A stretch of 64,000 bases of DNA from an uncultured Actinomycetota bacterium (lineage in GTDB: Bacteria > Actinomycetota > Humimicrobiia > Humimicrobiales > Humimicrobiaceae): contig CAZRVN010000004.1 in the NCBI GenBank assembly GCA_964603595.1, forward strand, positions 12,680 through 76,679. The letters are read 5' to 3'. The translations under genes and the position numbers were made by a program. A model generated the notes under the pieces. That model had not been told where the DNA came from and made no database searches. It saw only the letters and a list, made by a program, of their open reading frames with translations. Below are positions 37,527-47,720 of the stretch, in pieces. Numbering within the stretch: the first letter of the stretch is position 1; each line of letters opens with the position of its first letter.

Positions 37527-38810
37527 CTACTGGTTCAGGATATTTCTGAAAAACTGATTTTTTTCTGCTTCGTTATAACCTACTGCACTTGATTTCCCAA
37601 ACCACTGGGGCCATGACCTGAAAGTGGTTATTGTAATATCTCCCCTGTCTATGGAACTAATAACAGGTAATATCTGTGATGCCTGGCTTAGCGATATATT
37701 AGTCCATATATACTGTCCCATTATATTTAAGAAATTGGATAAATTTCCTGAATTCACTATTGCCTTTTTTTGCAGAAGCAAATCTGCAATAAGCATTGCG
37801 GACTGCCTCTCCCTGGAATAAGCACCTCCGCCATAAAGTGACCTACCGTGTCTTGCTCTTGACAGGGCAAGCGCCTGCGTGCCATCTATATGGTGTGTTC
37901 CTGTAGTTAAGTAACACCCCGAAAATGCGTCTGATATGTTTTCCTCAACCGTAGTATCCACACCACCAAAATAATTAATAAGCGGAACAAATCCATCAAA
38001 ATCAGTTATTACATAAAAATCAATATCCGCACCTGTAAATTCTTCAAATATACTCACTGCATAATCATTGCCCCCTATGGCATGATAGCCGTTTATTTTA
38101 CGCCCTTTAAACCAGGTATCCCGGGGTATAGTAACCAGATATGCTTTCCCGGTGTCCAGGTTTAAATGCACAAATATATTAATGTCAGTTCTACCGCTAA
38201 CTCTTCCTCCTGCCCTGTCATGGGCACTATCGTCTCCCCAGATTATAAAATTAACCTTCCTGCCTGCCTGAAAGCCGCTCACCCCACTCGAATTATAACC
38301 GGAAGATGATGTTGAATAAGTGTTAGTAGTACTTGCAGTAGTAGCTGCACCTTCATATGGCGTAATCCCATAATTCCCGCATAGCGTGGCAAATTCTTTG
38401 GATTTTAAAAATCCGTCCAGAACTTTCTCTCTGCTCATACCTCCGGCCAATCTTTCCAGCCAGGCGCTATGCCCATTTGCATCCGGCTCGCGGTCAAAAA
38501 ATGCCCGGTAAAGTATGGTAACAAACTCCTCATCTGAATACTCATGGCTTAAAAACTCTTTGCTGAAAACAAATCCCTCTGCAACATCTGCTCCAGTTTT
38601 TGAACCATTTAGAAGACGGCTAACCCATTCGTTTAAACCATCAGCGTCTGGCTGTCTATCCAGGCACTGTGTGTAGAAACGTGTAACAAAGTTCTGGACC
38701 TGTTCTGCCTGACCTCCGCCAAGAGTACCAGGGAAAAGAGTCATAACAAGAGCCCCCACCAGAATCACGACCAGAAAATACCTGGAATAAGAAATCATTT
38801 TTTTTGTCAT
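37527..38810 (-). CDS. DUF4214-like domain + LytR-CpsA-Psr (LCP) family protein
   Basis: FVTRFYTQCLDRQPD and YRAFFDREPD repeats; Ser/Thr linker; RTDINIF, IPRDTW, KING, RARH, RERQ LCP motifs. Confidence 0.85.
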   Translation of the reverse strand: MTKKMISYSRYFLVVILVGALVMTLFPGTLGGGQAEQVQNFVTRFYTQCLDRQPDADGLNEWVSRLLNGSKTGADVAEGFVFSKEFLSHEYSDEEFVTILYRAFFDREPDANGHSAWLERLAGGMSREKVLDGFLKSKEFATLCGNYGITPYEGAATTASTTNTYSTSSSGYNSSGVSGFQAGRKVNFIIWGDDSAHDRAGGRVSGRTDINIFVHLNLDTGKAYLVTIPRDTWFKGRKINGYHAIGGNDYAVSIFEEFTGADIDFYVITDFDGFVPLINYFGGVDTTVEENISDAFSGCYLTTGTHHIDGTQALALSRARHGRSLYGGGAYSRERQSAMLIADLLLQKKAIVNSGNLSNFLNIMGQYIWTNISLSQASQILPVISSIDRGDITITTFRSWPQWFGKSSAVGYNEAEKNQFFRNILNQ

Positions 38811-38915
38811 TATCTGCTCCTTATAAAATTAAAATTCCTATCAATACGTTTCAAAGCCATTTAAAAGCATTAAAATTTCTACTATTATACAATTATTCCT
38901 TAAAGGTTAAAAACA

Positions 38916-39779
38916 CTAAATTATTTTTTTAATGAAAATTTCTTCTATTTTATTCATCCCAAGCCTGGTTAATGCAAAATCATACTTAGCAGGGTCATCC
39001 TTATTAAATTTTTTTAAAGCACTGGTTATCTCAAGAGCAGTTTTAATATCTGCCTGTTTTCTTGCTGTAAACCCGAGCTTTACTGAAATCCTGTACATAT
39101 GAGTATCCAGGGGAACAATTAAGACTGAGGCAGGAATACCGTGCCAGCCACCGGGGTCTACATTATCCTTCCGCACCATCCAGCGAAGGTAAAGGTTTAA
39201 TCTTTTAAAGGCGCTATTTCCAAGAAAGGAAGGTATTAAACTGCTGCATTTGTTTTCTGAAAAAAGGTTGAGATTCCTTGCAAAATTTAAAATAGCAGGA
39301 ACAATTGTTTTTTCTAGACTACTTTTAGGCATTAATCCACCTTTTTTCCCAGTTCTACTTATTACAGTATTTAACTTATCTTTTTCCGGGTTTTCTTTAC
39401 CTGTTTTAAAGCTCTGCAGAAAGCAATTATTTAACGACCCGTATTTTTCTAAAGCATTTTTTATACCCTTTAACAGGCAGCATAGCTCATATCCTGTAGT
39501 AAATCTGTGCTTGAAGTTTTTAAAATAATTTAAAAAAGAATCAGGTATTGATTTTTTTATAAAGATGTAAGGGGCTGGTTTCATTTTATCCAGCACCAAA
39601 GATACGCTCTTCAGTATCTGGGTTACTCTCCCATAAGCTAAAGAAGAAGCAACCAGGCCTGCGATTTCACGGTCCTCTATATTTTCATAATTATACAAAA
39701 ACTCCAGAGGGTCAGGGTGGACAAACTTCCTGTGGTTATATGCTAAATATAATTTATCAAGTTCTTCTTTAAGTCCCAT
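38916..39779 (-). CDS. TIGR02757/DUF2400 family protein
   Basis: DPLEFL, EIAGLVASSLAYGRV, KRLNLYLRWMVRKD.VD.G.W, PLDTH, DPAKYDFAL. Confidence 0.85.
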   Translation of the reverse strand: MGLKEELDKLYLAYNHRKFVHPDPLEFLYNYENIEDREIAGLVASSLAYGRVTQILKSVSLVLDKMKPAPYIFIKKSIPDSFLNYFKNFKHRFTTGYELCCLLKGIKNALEKYGSLNNCFLQSFKTGKENPEKDKLNTVISRTGKKGGLMPKSSLEKTIVPAILNFARNLNLFSENKCSSLIPSFLGNSAFKRLNLYLRWMVRKDNVDPGGWHGIPASVLIVPLDTHMYRISVKLGFTARKQADIKTALEITSALKKFNKDDPAKYDFALTRLGMNKIEEIFIKKII

Positions 39780-39885
39780 CTACCTCCAGCTATTCCAATT
39801 CTTTAAAACTTCTAACTGACGGAAAATACTTTACCTATCATTGCTTACTACTTAATTACATCTTTTATAATACCGGCTTTTTTAA

Positions 39886-41058
39886 TTAAGAAATATCCAT
39901 ATGCCTGCTGCTTATTTTTTCTGCCAGCTTATCCAGCAATCTAAAATCATCCTCTTTCGGATAACCTTTTATAATTACAGGTTCTATAATTTCAGCTTTT
40001 AAAGGAGATAAGATATCCGAAAGCATCTCAACAGTCCTTCCTCCCCATCCATATGAACCAATTATTGAGATAAATCTTAATTTTGGCCTAAGTGCCTTAA
40101 TAAGATAAGCTGCGTAAACTATATTCGGATGAGGTCCCATCAATACCGTAGGAGTAGCTATAACAACTGTGGCCGCATCAACCAGAGCCATAGCAAGCTC
40201 CCCTATATCAGATTCTGTAAGATGAAAAGTCTTAACCTTAATACCCTTTCCGGCCAGTGATTTCTCAAAATATTCAACCATTTTATCTGTAGTGCCATGC
40301 ATTGACACATAGGGTATTATAACTTCATTTTTAACTTTATCAGAAGACCAGTCTTTATATGCATTTACTATAAAATCAATATCCCTGTAAACCGGACCAT
40401 GGCTGGGGGCAATAATCTCTATGTCAAGGTCTGAAATTTTCTGAATATTTTTTATCACCTGGCCGCTGAAAGGCATCATAATTTCCGCATAATAGCGTTT
40501 TGCAGCATTATATATTTTCTTCTCATCTATTACAAATAGCTCATCAGTCGCATAATGTGAACCAAAAAAGTCACAGCTAAAAAATATCTTATCTTCCTCA
40601 AGATATGTACACATTGTTTCAGGCCAGTGAACCCAGGGGGTAAAAATAAATTTCAGTGTTTTATCACCAAGGGATAGAGTTTCTCCATCATTAATAACTA
40701 TAAATTTCTCTTCAGGTATTAAAAGCAAATCCACAAGCATTGATTTGCACTTCTGGTTGGTTACTATTTTTGCCTCAGGGTAATTTTTTATAAGTTCCTG
40801 CAGGGAGCCAGAATGGTCCTGCTCTGCATGATGAGATATAATATAATCTATCCTGTCTGAACCTGATTTTTTAAGCCCATCCAATAAAACATCACACATA
40901 GGAGGGTCAACACTATCAAGCAGGGCAATTTTTTCTGACCCTTTAATTAAATAAGAATTATATGAGGTCCCGTCAGGCAAAGGAATAAGTTCATCAAATA
41001 ATTTTCTGTTCCAGTCTATTGCTCCAACAAAATAAACATTTTCTTTTATTTTTTGCAT
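39886..41058 (-). CDS. fprA: Flavodiiron protein (FprA/type A flavoprotein)
   Basis: GTSYNSYL, HHAEQDHSGS, WVHWPETM, SCDFFGSH, APSHG, YVSMHGTT, GSYGWGG. Confidence 0.93.
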   Translation of the reverse strand: MQKIKENVYFVGAIDWNRKLFDELIPLPDGTSYNSYLIKGSEKIALLDSVDPPMCDVLLDGLKKSGSDRIDYIISHHAEQDHSGSLQELIKNYPEAKIVTNQKCKSMLVDLLLIPEEKFIVINDGETLSLGDKTLKFIFTPWVHWPETMCTYLEEDKIFFSCDFFGSHYATDELFVIDEKKIYNAAKRYYAEIMMPFSGQVIKNIQKISDLDIEIIAPSHGPVYRDIDFIVNAYKDWSSDKVKNEVIIPYVSMHGTTDKMVEYFEKSLAGKGIKVKTFHLTESDIGELAMALVDAATVVIATPTVLMGPHPNIVYAAYLIKALRPKLRFISIIGSYGWGGRTVEMLSDILSPLKAEIIEPVIIKGYPKEDDFRLLDKLAEKISSRHMDIS

Positions 41059-41188
41059 GTTAGCTAAGCCCTGTCCTTTCTCTTAACTTTATCAGGTTTT
41101 TAATCCTGCTGCTTAAGTAACAAGTTATATATTATAAAGTAAGAAGTTTTTCAACCTTTGACTTTTTCCGTATAAGGTATATACTTCA

Positions 41189-41563
41189 TCAGCTTTTCCA
41201 CAGCCCGTGAATATTGCAGTACTCTCTGGCAGTTACATTATCCCCATTTATGCAGAATTCAGCTTCAGGTGCATCTCCGGGATTTAAGAACTTCCTGTAA
41301 TTGATGCCATCAACAATTAGCTCAATCCATTCGATATAGTGCTCGCTTACCATGGGGTGGGCCACACTTCCAACCTTAACTTTAAACCCGCTCGCTGTCT
41401 TTTCAATCACTGGTACATGTTTTTCAAGTGCAGCATCAACAGTATTTTCTTTATACAGCTTCATGGGCTGGCCGCAGCAGGCAAGCTCCCCTTCCCCGCT
41501 ATGGAGAACTTCAACAATGTTTTCGCAATTCTTGCATTTATAAATTTGAAATCTTTCAGCCAT
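41189..41563 (-). CDS. dfx: Desulfoferrodoxin (superoxide reductase)
   Basis: [35 protein letters not shown]. Confidence 0.95.
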   Translation of the reverse strand: MAERFQIYKCKNCENIVEVLHSGEGELACCGQPMKLYKENTVDAALEKHVPVIEKTASGFKVKVGSVAHPMVSEHYIEWIELIVDGINYRKFLNPGDAPEAEFCINGDNVTAREYCNIHGLWKS

Positions 41564-41717
41564 CCTTTCCTCCTCTTTTATTTTTATCTATTTAATAACT
41601 AAAGTATCCTTTACTATCAAAAATTACTCCTATTTTATTTATTATATATTTATATAAATCCAGTGTAAATTTAAAAAGAGTGCTCTCAAATTGTGCATAC
41701 AACATTTAGAATTTTTT

Positions 41718-44276
41718 CTAAAGCTCTTTTACATCCTTTTCAATCATTGAGGATACCTTTCTACATTCATTATATTCTGATTTTTTAAACTTTAGGGACC
41801 TGCCATAGCTTACTTCTATAAGAGGCCACTCCGGTAGATGCCCCCATGGAATTATCCCATTCCTTAAAATATTAAAAAGTCCCTTTACTCTTACGGGGAC
41901 AACAGGAACTTCCATATCAAGCGCTATTACGCCAATGCCGGGTTCAAACTCTTTTATATTGCCATCGGCAGTAACTCTTCCTTCGGGATAAATCAGAATA
42001 TACCAGCCCTCATCAATCATCTTTCCGATATTTTCCATGATCTTTTTAAACCCATAGGTTCTGGAGATAGGTGAAACATTGACAAATAAATTCACCAGAA
42101 GATAAAATCCTACTGCTTCTATTATTCTCCTCCACCATGCTCCGGTATGATAGAAAAAATTCCTGAAATGATGCTCTATTGACATAAGTACGACAACTTT
42201 TCTTCTTATATTAAAAGGCAATGAATACAGGATAACAAAACTATCCAGGACACTCGTATGGTTGGCAGCAAACACTGCTGGCTTTCTTAAATCTTTCAAA
42301 TTTTTTCTGCCCCTTACCTTAAGCCGGTAAATCAGAAACATGAAAGGATACAAAATAAACTGAAATATTGTTCTTATAATCTTGACAGGAAGCCAGAAAG
42401 GAAAGCCATAGGAAGGTACCTTACGGGTACTTTTCTCAGGAGGAGACTTAATCATATTTTCAAGCTCGCTGACTTTAGTATTTCTGCCTATATAAGAATC
42501 GTCCATCTCTATATTATATTTTTCCTCAATAATGCCTGAGAGCTCAACCAGGTCAAGTGAATCCAGCCCCAGGTCCCTTTCAAGCTCTGAATCTCCTTTT
42601 ACATTTTCCGGTCTTACCTTTTTTAAGCTCTTTAACACTTCCAGCAAAACTGCCCTGCCCCCGGGAGACTCGCTACCTGAAATTACTTCTACTTCCTTTC
42701 CTTCTGACAGGGTTTTTGAAACCCCGTCTCTTTCTATTTTTCTGGTAGCAGTTCTTGGAAAATCATCTCCTGACCATATACTGTAACTATTTATATACTG
42801 GTACACGTTTAACTTCTTATTAGCTTCATCTATTATATTCTGTGTTTCACCTTTAAAACCATCTTCAAGTATTAAAACAGCATGAATTTTTAGACTCCTG
42901 CCATCTTTTAATCCCAGAACCATGCTATCCTTTACCGGCTCAAATGTTTTTAGCACAGACTCAATATCCTCGGGATAAATATTTATTCCATCCTCCCTGA
43001 CAATAACCGAATCTTTCCTGCCTTTAAAAAATATATTGCCATCCTTATCCATTTCGGCCAGGTCCCCTGTCTTGAACCATCCTTTTGAGAATGACTTTTT
43101 TGTCAGTGAAGAATTTTTAAAATAGCCGGGAGTTACATTACTGCCTTTTACGTATATTTCCCCGTTTACCATCTTCACTTTAAGTCCCTTAAGAGCTTCG
43201 CCTATAGAGCCCGCACCTACCCTGGTAGGGTCAGCCAGGGTTATTAGCGGTGCTGTTTCCGTTAATCCATAGCCCTGGAATATGGCATATGCAAGGCACC
43301 TCCAGAACTGGTCTATATTTCTATCAAAAGAAGCTCCTCCCACCACTATAGCTACAAGTCTCCAGCCAATTTTAAGGTGGATATTTAAAAAAGCCATAAA
43401 CCTTAGCGGCCATTTAATCTTTTTAAACCTTTCATACTTTTTCTTGAACTTCTCACTTCCAAGATTAAATTTTTTTATCATATAATCTTTTAGTAATTCA
43501 AGGATTTTAGGAAGGGTCCCAAGAATCCAGATTTTTTCCTCTTTTATCGCTTTTAAAATTTCTGCTGGATTTATGCTATCCACAAAAACTACGGAGCTTT
43601 CTATCATAAAGGGTATAAATATCCCAATTAGCTGACCGTACATATGGCTTAAGGGAACAACAGATAAAATTTTTAAATCCTGCATGAAACGGAAAAATTT
43701 TTTCCACTTCTCCATTACCGGCCGGATAGATTCAAGGTTTGATTCAATATTACCATGTGTAATCATTACCCCTTTTGGCCTGGTTGTGGTGCCGGAAGTA
43801 AAAATAATTTCTGCCAGGTCATCGGACGAAATCTTTTGTCCTGCATCTTCCACGGGCTCTACATCTGAAAGAATTCCTTCAATGTCAGCCATATTAATTG
43901 ATTTAATCCGTAAGGATCTATCTATACCTTCGCCACTACACACCAGTAATTCTGCCTTTACCTCGGTCAGGACTTTTCTTTCAAATTCAGAGCCGGAATT
44001 TACATCAATAGGAACTGCAACCACGCCCTCCATAAGACAACCCGTAAAAGCGACTATCCACTCGGGCCTGTTTTGCCCTTTTATTATGACCTTACTACCT
44101 TTTTTTATATTATAACGGCGGAGCAATGAAGCAAATTTCCTGGCGTAACTGTAAACTTTCTTGAAATCCCATGACACCGTGCGATACTTCCCGCGGTGAT
44201 AAAAATATTTATTTTTAGACCCTATATTTTTCTCCAGGTAGCCAGGCAATCCTGAACTCATTATATTCTTTAACAC
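41718..44276 (-). CDS. Fused long-chain acyl-AMP ligase / carrier protein / PlsC-type acyltransferase
   Basis: FTSGTTTRPKG, GYGLTE, WFKTGD (adenylation); DLGLDSLDLVEL (phosphopantetheine site); NHTSVLD and YPEGR (acyltransferase). Confidence 0.9.
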   Translation of the reverse strand: MLKNIMSSGLPGYLEKNIGSKNKYFYHRGKYRTVSWDFKKVYSYARKFASLLRRYNIKKGSKVIIKGQNRPEWIVAFTGCLMEGVVAVPIDVNSGSEFERKVLTEVKAELLVCSGEGIDRSLRIKSINMADIEGILSDVEPVEDAGQKISSDDLAEIIFTSGTTTRPKGVMITHGNIESNLESIRPVMEKWKKFFRFMQDLKILSVVPLSHMYGQLIGIFIPFMIESSVVFVDSINPAEILKAIKEEKIWILGTLPKILELLKDYMIKKFNLGSEKFKKKYERFKKIKWPLRFMAFLNIHLKIGWRLVAIVVGGASFDRNIDQFWRCLAYAIFQGYGLTETAPLITLADPTRVGAGSIGEALKGLKVKMVNGEIYVKGSNVTPGYFKNSSLTKKSFSKGWFKTGDLAEMDKDGNIFFKGRKDSVIVREDGINIYPEDIESVLKTFEPVKDSMVLGLKDGRSLKIHAVLILEDGFKGETQNIIDEANKKLNVYQYINSYSIWSGDDFPRTATRKIERDGVSKTLSEGKEVEVISGSESPGGRAVLLEVLKSLKKVRPENVKGDSELERDLGLDSLDLVELSGIIEEKYNIEMDDSYIGRNTKVSELENMIKSPPEKSTRKVPSYGFPFWLPVKIIRTIFQFILYPFMFLIYRLKVRGRKNLKDLRKPAVFAANHTSVLDSFVILYSLPFNIRRKVVVLMSIEHHFRNFFYHTGAWWRRIIEAVGFYLLVNLFVNVSPISRTYGFKKIMENIGKMIDEGWYILIYPEGRVTADGNIKEFEPGIGVIALDMEVPVVPVRVKGLFNILRNGIIPWGHLPEWPLIEVSYGRSLKFKKSEYNECRKVSSMIEKDVKEL

Positions 44277-44476
44277 CTGCCTTAAGAATAATGGTTAAAA
44301 TAAAAATATAAGTTATAAACTTAAAATAACTACCGGTCTTAAGGATAGATTGTTTTTTTAAATTATTTTAATTATAAGATAGTCACCATGCTTTATTCAA
44401 ACACAGGTAAAAAAAGAAAAGATTCCCGGAAAAATTCATAATATGAAAAGGAATAAAATGAAATGAACACTAAGAT

Positions 44477-44842
44477 TTAACCAGCTTTAATTTTTTTTAT
44501 GTTTTTAGAAAGTTTGAGCTCTGTTAAAGTCCAGATTGCCCCAAATAAATCCACTACTCCAAAAGCTATTATTATAGTTGGTGCTAAATTTAATAATACA
44601 AGTGCTGATAAAAATACAATAGCAGAGAAACGGGTATGAATAGTCCACCAAAAGAACCCGATCATTTTTTTACCTGAAATGCCAGCTCTGATATAATAAT
44701 ATCCATAAAATATAAGCATCATTCCCAGCAGACGAATTACTGCACTTCCAGATATATCAAGGCCAACAAAATTAAGAAGAAAGCCCGGAAATATAAGCAA
44801 AAATAAACCGGCTGACACAATATAAATTCCAAAAAAGAACAC
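44477..44842 (-). CDS. Small four-TM hypothetical membrane protein (see ATC start finding)
   Basis: Hydrophobic ORF; frame extends upstream to an ATC at 44863 behind an AAGGAG. Confidence 0.65.
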   Translation of the reverse strand: MFFFGIYIVSAGLFLLIFPGFLLNFVGLDISGSAVIRLLGMMLIFYGYYYIRAGISGKKMIGFFWWTIHTRFSAIVFLSALVLLNLAPTIIIAFGVVDLFGAIWTLTELKLSKNIKKIKAG

Positions 44843-44892
44843 ACTTTTTGCTAATCTATTGATGATAAACTCCTTTTTTTGAATTTAATAAT

Positions 44893-45915
44893 TTAACGCA
44901 TATCCGATACGATATTACCCTTTAACCGTACCTTTACACTATTTATAGCAGAATTTGTTTTCTTAAAGTAAGGTGATTTATTAAGAAGCCAGTAACGAAT
45001 AAAAGGTTTAAATATCCTGGTAAGGTATCTTTTAAAACCCAGATGGCTTTTAATATCATCTAAAAAATCATCTAATCTTTTATGTTGATAATTTAAAAGC
45101 TTCTGGCTCTCTGAGGTATCCATCCAGTCAAGATAAAAAGGTTCTGATGAAAATGCTTCCTCGGGTAACATTCCAATACCAATAAATTCCAGAACTTTAC
45201 TTACAAAATTTCTCTGGTACATCTGGCAGGCCTTGCCACCCCCAATAAGAAGGGTTTTACACTGGATATTTTCTTCTATCGCTGCATTGGCCAGGGCTAT
45301 ACCAGCATCATGAGCATGAATTAATTCAACTCTTGTATCCGGAGGAACACTAAAAAGCAGAGGATCCATCTCACATAATGACATACTTAATACCGCACCT
45401 AACCTTAATATAACCCAGTCCAGACCGGATACTTTTATCAGCTGCTCACAGGCAACTTTATGATGGGAATAATTATCAGTAGGCATAACCGGGTCTGATA
45501 CCGTTCTTGGCGGCTTAAGATTATTTGTTTTTCCAAATACAGAAACTGAAGAAGTAAATACAATTTTAGGTTTAGACGGAAGAACCCTCATTGCATTCAA
45601 CAGGTTCCGTGTTCCCTCTACATTGATCTCCCAGGTCCAATTTGGCTCCTTTTCAGTTAAGGAAGGAATTACAAAAGCCAGATGTATGACTACATCCTGG
45701 TTGGCTACTGCTCTTTCTACATCTTTTTTATTTGTTATATCACCCCAGATTATTTCTATATCTGATTTAAATTTTTTATAAATATTTTCATTGGCAGAAG
45801 TTTTTAATTCTATTACCCTTACTTTACAGCCTTTTTTTAGTAATTCCTGCAAAGTAAACTTCCCTACATTCCCAAAAGCACCTGTTAATAACACCTTCAA
45901 TTTAAATTCCTCCAT
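44893..45915 (-). CDS. NAD-dependent epimerase/dehydratase (extended SDR)
   Basis: LTGAFGNVG, HLAFV, FTSSVSVFG, YSHHK (YxxxK). Confidence 0.88.
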   Translation of the reverse strand: MEEFKLKVLLTGAFGNVGKFTLQELLKKGCKVRVIELKTSANENIYKKFKSDIEIIWGDITNKKDVERAVANQDVVIHLAFVIPSLTEKEPNWTWEINVEGTRNLLNAMRVLPSKPKIVFTSSVSVFGKTNNLKPPRTVSDPVMPTDNYSHHKVACEQLIKVSGLDWVILRLGAVLSMSLCEMDPLLFSVPPDTRVELIHAHDAGIALANAAIEENIQCKTLLIGGGKACQMYQRNFVSKVLEFIGIGMLPEEAFSSEPFYLDWMDTSESQKLLNYQHKRLDDFLDDIKSHLGFKRYLTRIFKPFIRYWLLNKSPYFKKTNSAINSVKVRLKGNIVSDMR

Positions 45916-45946
45916 CTTTTTTTATTCAGCTTTAAAGTTCCTTGCT

Positions 45947-46570
45947 TTATCGCCGTATGACACCTTCTAATATAATCTCCGGGCTCTCTTTTGCAATCTT
46001 ATCCCAGTCAGCTCCATTGGGGTCCAGCATTCCCTGCATTACAAAACCCACAGCAATAGCTATTATCATCCTGGCCGCAGTATCAGAATTAATCCTTTTA
46101 ATTATTTTTTCCTCTATGCCTTCTTCTATCAAGTCTTTGAATAACTTTAAATACTTATAATAGGACCCAATAGTAATTTTACGGAGATTCTCATCTCTTG
46201 AAGCTCTAATCCATAATTCAATAAAAATAGGCAGTTTACTGCTGGCATCCTGAAATATTGGTTTTGCTTTTGCTATATTCATAAACATCTCCAGCATATT
46301 TGATGAGTCTCCTCTGGCAGAATCTATATATCTATCAATTATCTCTAACCATTGATTTAATATTTCCAGAAAAAGATCTTGTTTGCTGGAAAAATGATGG
46401 TAAAATGCACCCTTACTCATACCTGCTGTTTTACAAATCCTGTCAACTCCTGAAGCATCAAGACCGTATTTCGCAAAACATATCTCTGCCGCTTTAAGCA
46501 GCTTATGCCTTGACTTTCTACCCTTTTCTTTTAAATTCATATAACTTATACCACTTTTAAAAAATACCAA
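45947..46570 (-). CDS. TetR/AcrR family regulator (start probably ATG 46540)
   Basis: AAEICFAKYGLDASGVDRICKTAGMSKGAFYHHFSSKQDL. Confidence 0.93.
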   Translation of the reverse strand: MVFFKSGISYMNLKEKGRKSRHKLLKAAEICFAKYGLDASGVDRICKTAGMSKGAFYHHFSSKQDLFLEILNQWLEIIDRYIDSARGDSSNMLEMFMNIAKAKPIFQDASSKLPIFIELWIRASRDENLRKITIGSYYKYLKLFKDLIEEGIEEKIIKRINSDTAARMIIAIAVGFVMQGMLDPNGADWDKIAKESPEIILEGVIRR

Positions 46571-46612
46571 CTGGTCGGTTTATATATTAAATCAAATTTA
46601 GCCCGGTGTCAA
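46566..46612 (-). promoter_or_regulatory. Promoter and probable TetR operator
   Basis: Minus strand TTGACA (46612-07), 17 nt, TAATAT (46589-84), then near-palindrome ACCGACCAGTTGGT (46579-66). Confidence 0.7.
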
Positions 46613-46833
46613 TATCAAATCTACTTTTTTACCTAAAAGTTAAAGATGCAATATTTTTTACTAAAATTAAAATATAAACTTAAATATCATGATTGCCTGT
46701 TATAGAAATCCACAATTCCGTTTAAATAAATGAGTAAGTAACTTTGATACTTTTTTATTTAACTTAGGTAAAGAAGGTCTATATTTTGATTTAATTAAAA
46801 GAACTTACACTATTTTTATTTTCTTTTTCTATC

Positions 46834-47463
46834 TCAGGGTATATGATGCCTATCCCTTTTAGCAGCATCCTTTCCTACAAATAAAAGAGGAAACACAACA
46901 TCGCTTGTACAACATGGAATCCATACCGAGAAAAATAGAAATATAAAAACTATAACAAATAAGAACCAATTTACTTTTCCTTCCAATGCCATAATAATAT
47001 GAAACAGCGAAGCACTGGTGCTGAGTAATACGTGCCCGGCATGGCTAATTTTTGTGCTTTGTTTAAAATAAGCCAGAGCTATACCTAAAAAAGCCAGAGG
47101 ATTTACCAGCCACCACTTTTCAATAAAACCTATATGAATTCCCCTATTGGGAAGGTTGAGCAAAGCTTCTCCTAAAAAAGGAATTATTGAATCACTCAAT
47201 GTAGCTATGCCTATTGAGCCCAGATAACCAATTAGAAATATCATCCACAGATTCTTCTTTTTATTTCCTTTATAAATAATATATATTGCTGCAGTTGTAA
47301 ATGCGCTTAGAAATACATGGATTGGATGTAATATATAAAAAATATTGTAGGATATTTCAAACGGGATTTTATATGAAATTACCATAATAATAATTCCGAT
47401 AAAAGCCCCTAAAGAAGTAAACGGTGCATGATTTTTTAGCTCTCTAGCTATGGTTTTAATCAT
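46834..47463 (-). CDS. Uncharacterised His/Cys-containing membrane protein
   Basis: ~5-6 TM; HAPFT, LHPIHV, SHAGHV, SLFH, IPCCTSD. Confidence 0.7.
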   Translation of the reverse strand: MIKTIARELKNHAPFTSLGAFIGIIIMVISYKIPFEISYNIFYILHPIHVFLSAFTTAAIYIIYKGNKKKNLWMIFLIGYLGSIGIATLSDSIIPFLGEALLNLPNRGIHIGFIEKWWLVNPLAFLGIALAYFKQSTKISHAGHVLLSTSASLFHIIMALEGKVNWFLFVIVFIFLFFSVWIPCCTSDVVFPLLFVGKDAAKRDRHHIP

Positions 47464-47720
47464 TTATATCCTACTCTCCCAGTTTGATTATCTCTATTTA
47501 TCAGATCTATTAATTATTATTAAATAATTTTATCTAAATACATCTACTACTTATTTTAGCAAAGCTGTCAACGGACATACCCGAAGACAATTTTTTAATT
47601 GAGGCGACAGGAATATCAATGGGTGTGAGTTTTTATTTAAATTAATATTTCTATGTAATAAAAAAATTAAAGGATTATAAAGTCTGTCTGGTTTTTATTT
47701 TTTAACCTTAACTAATTTTC

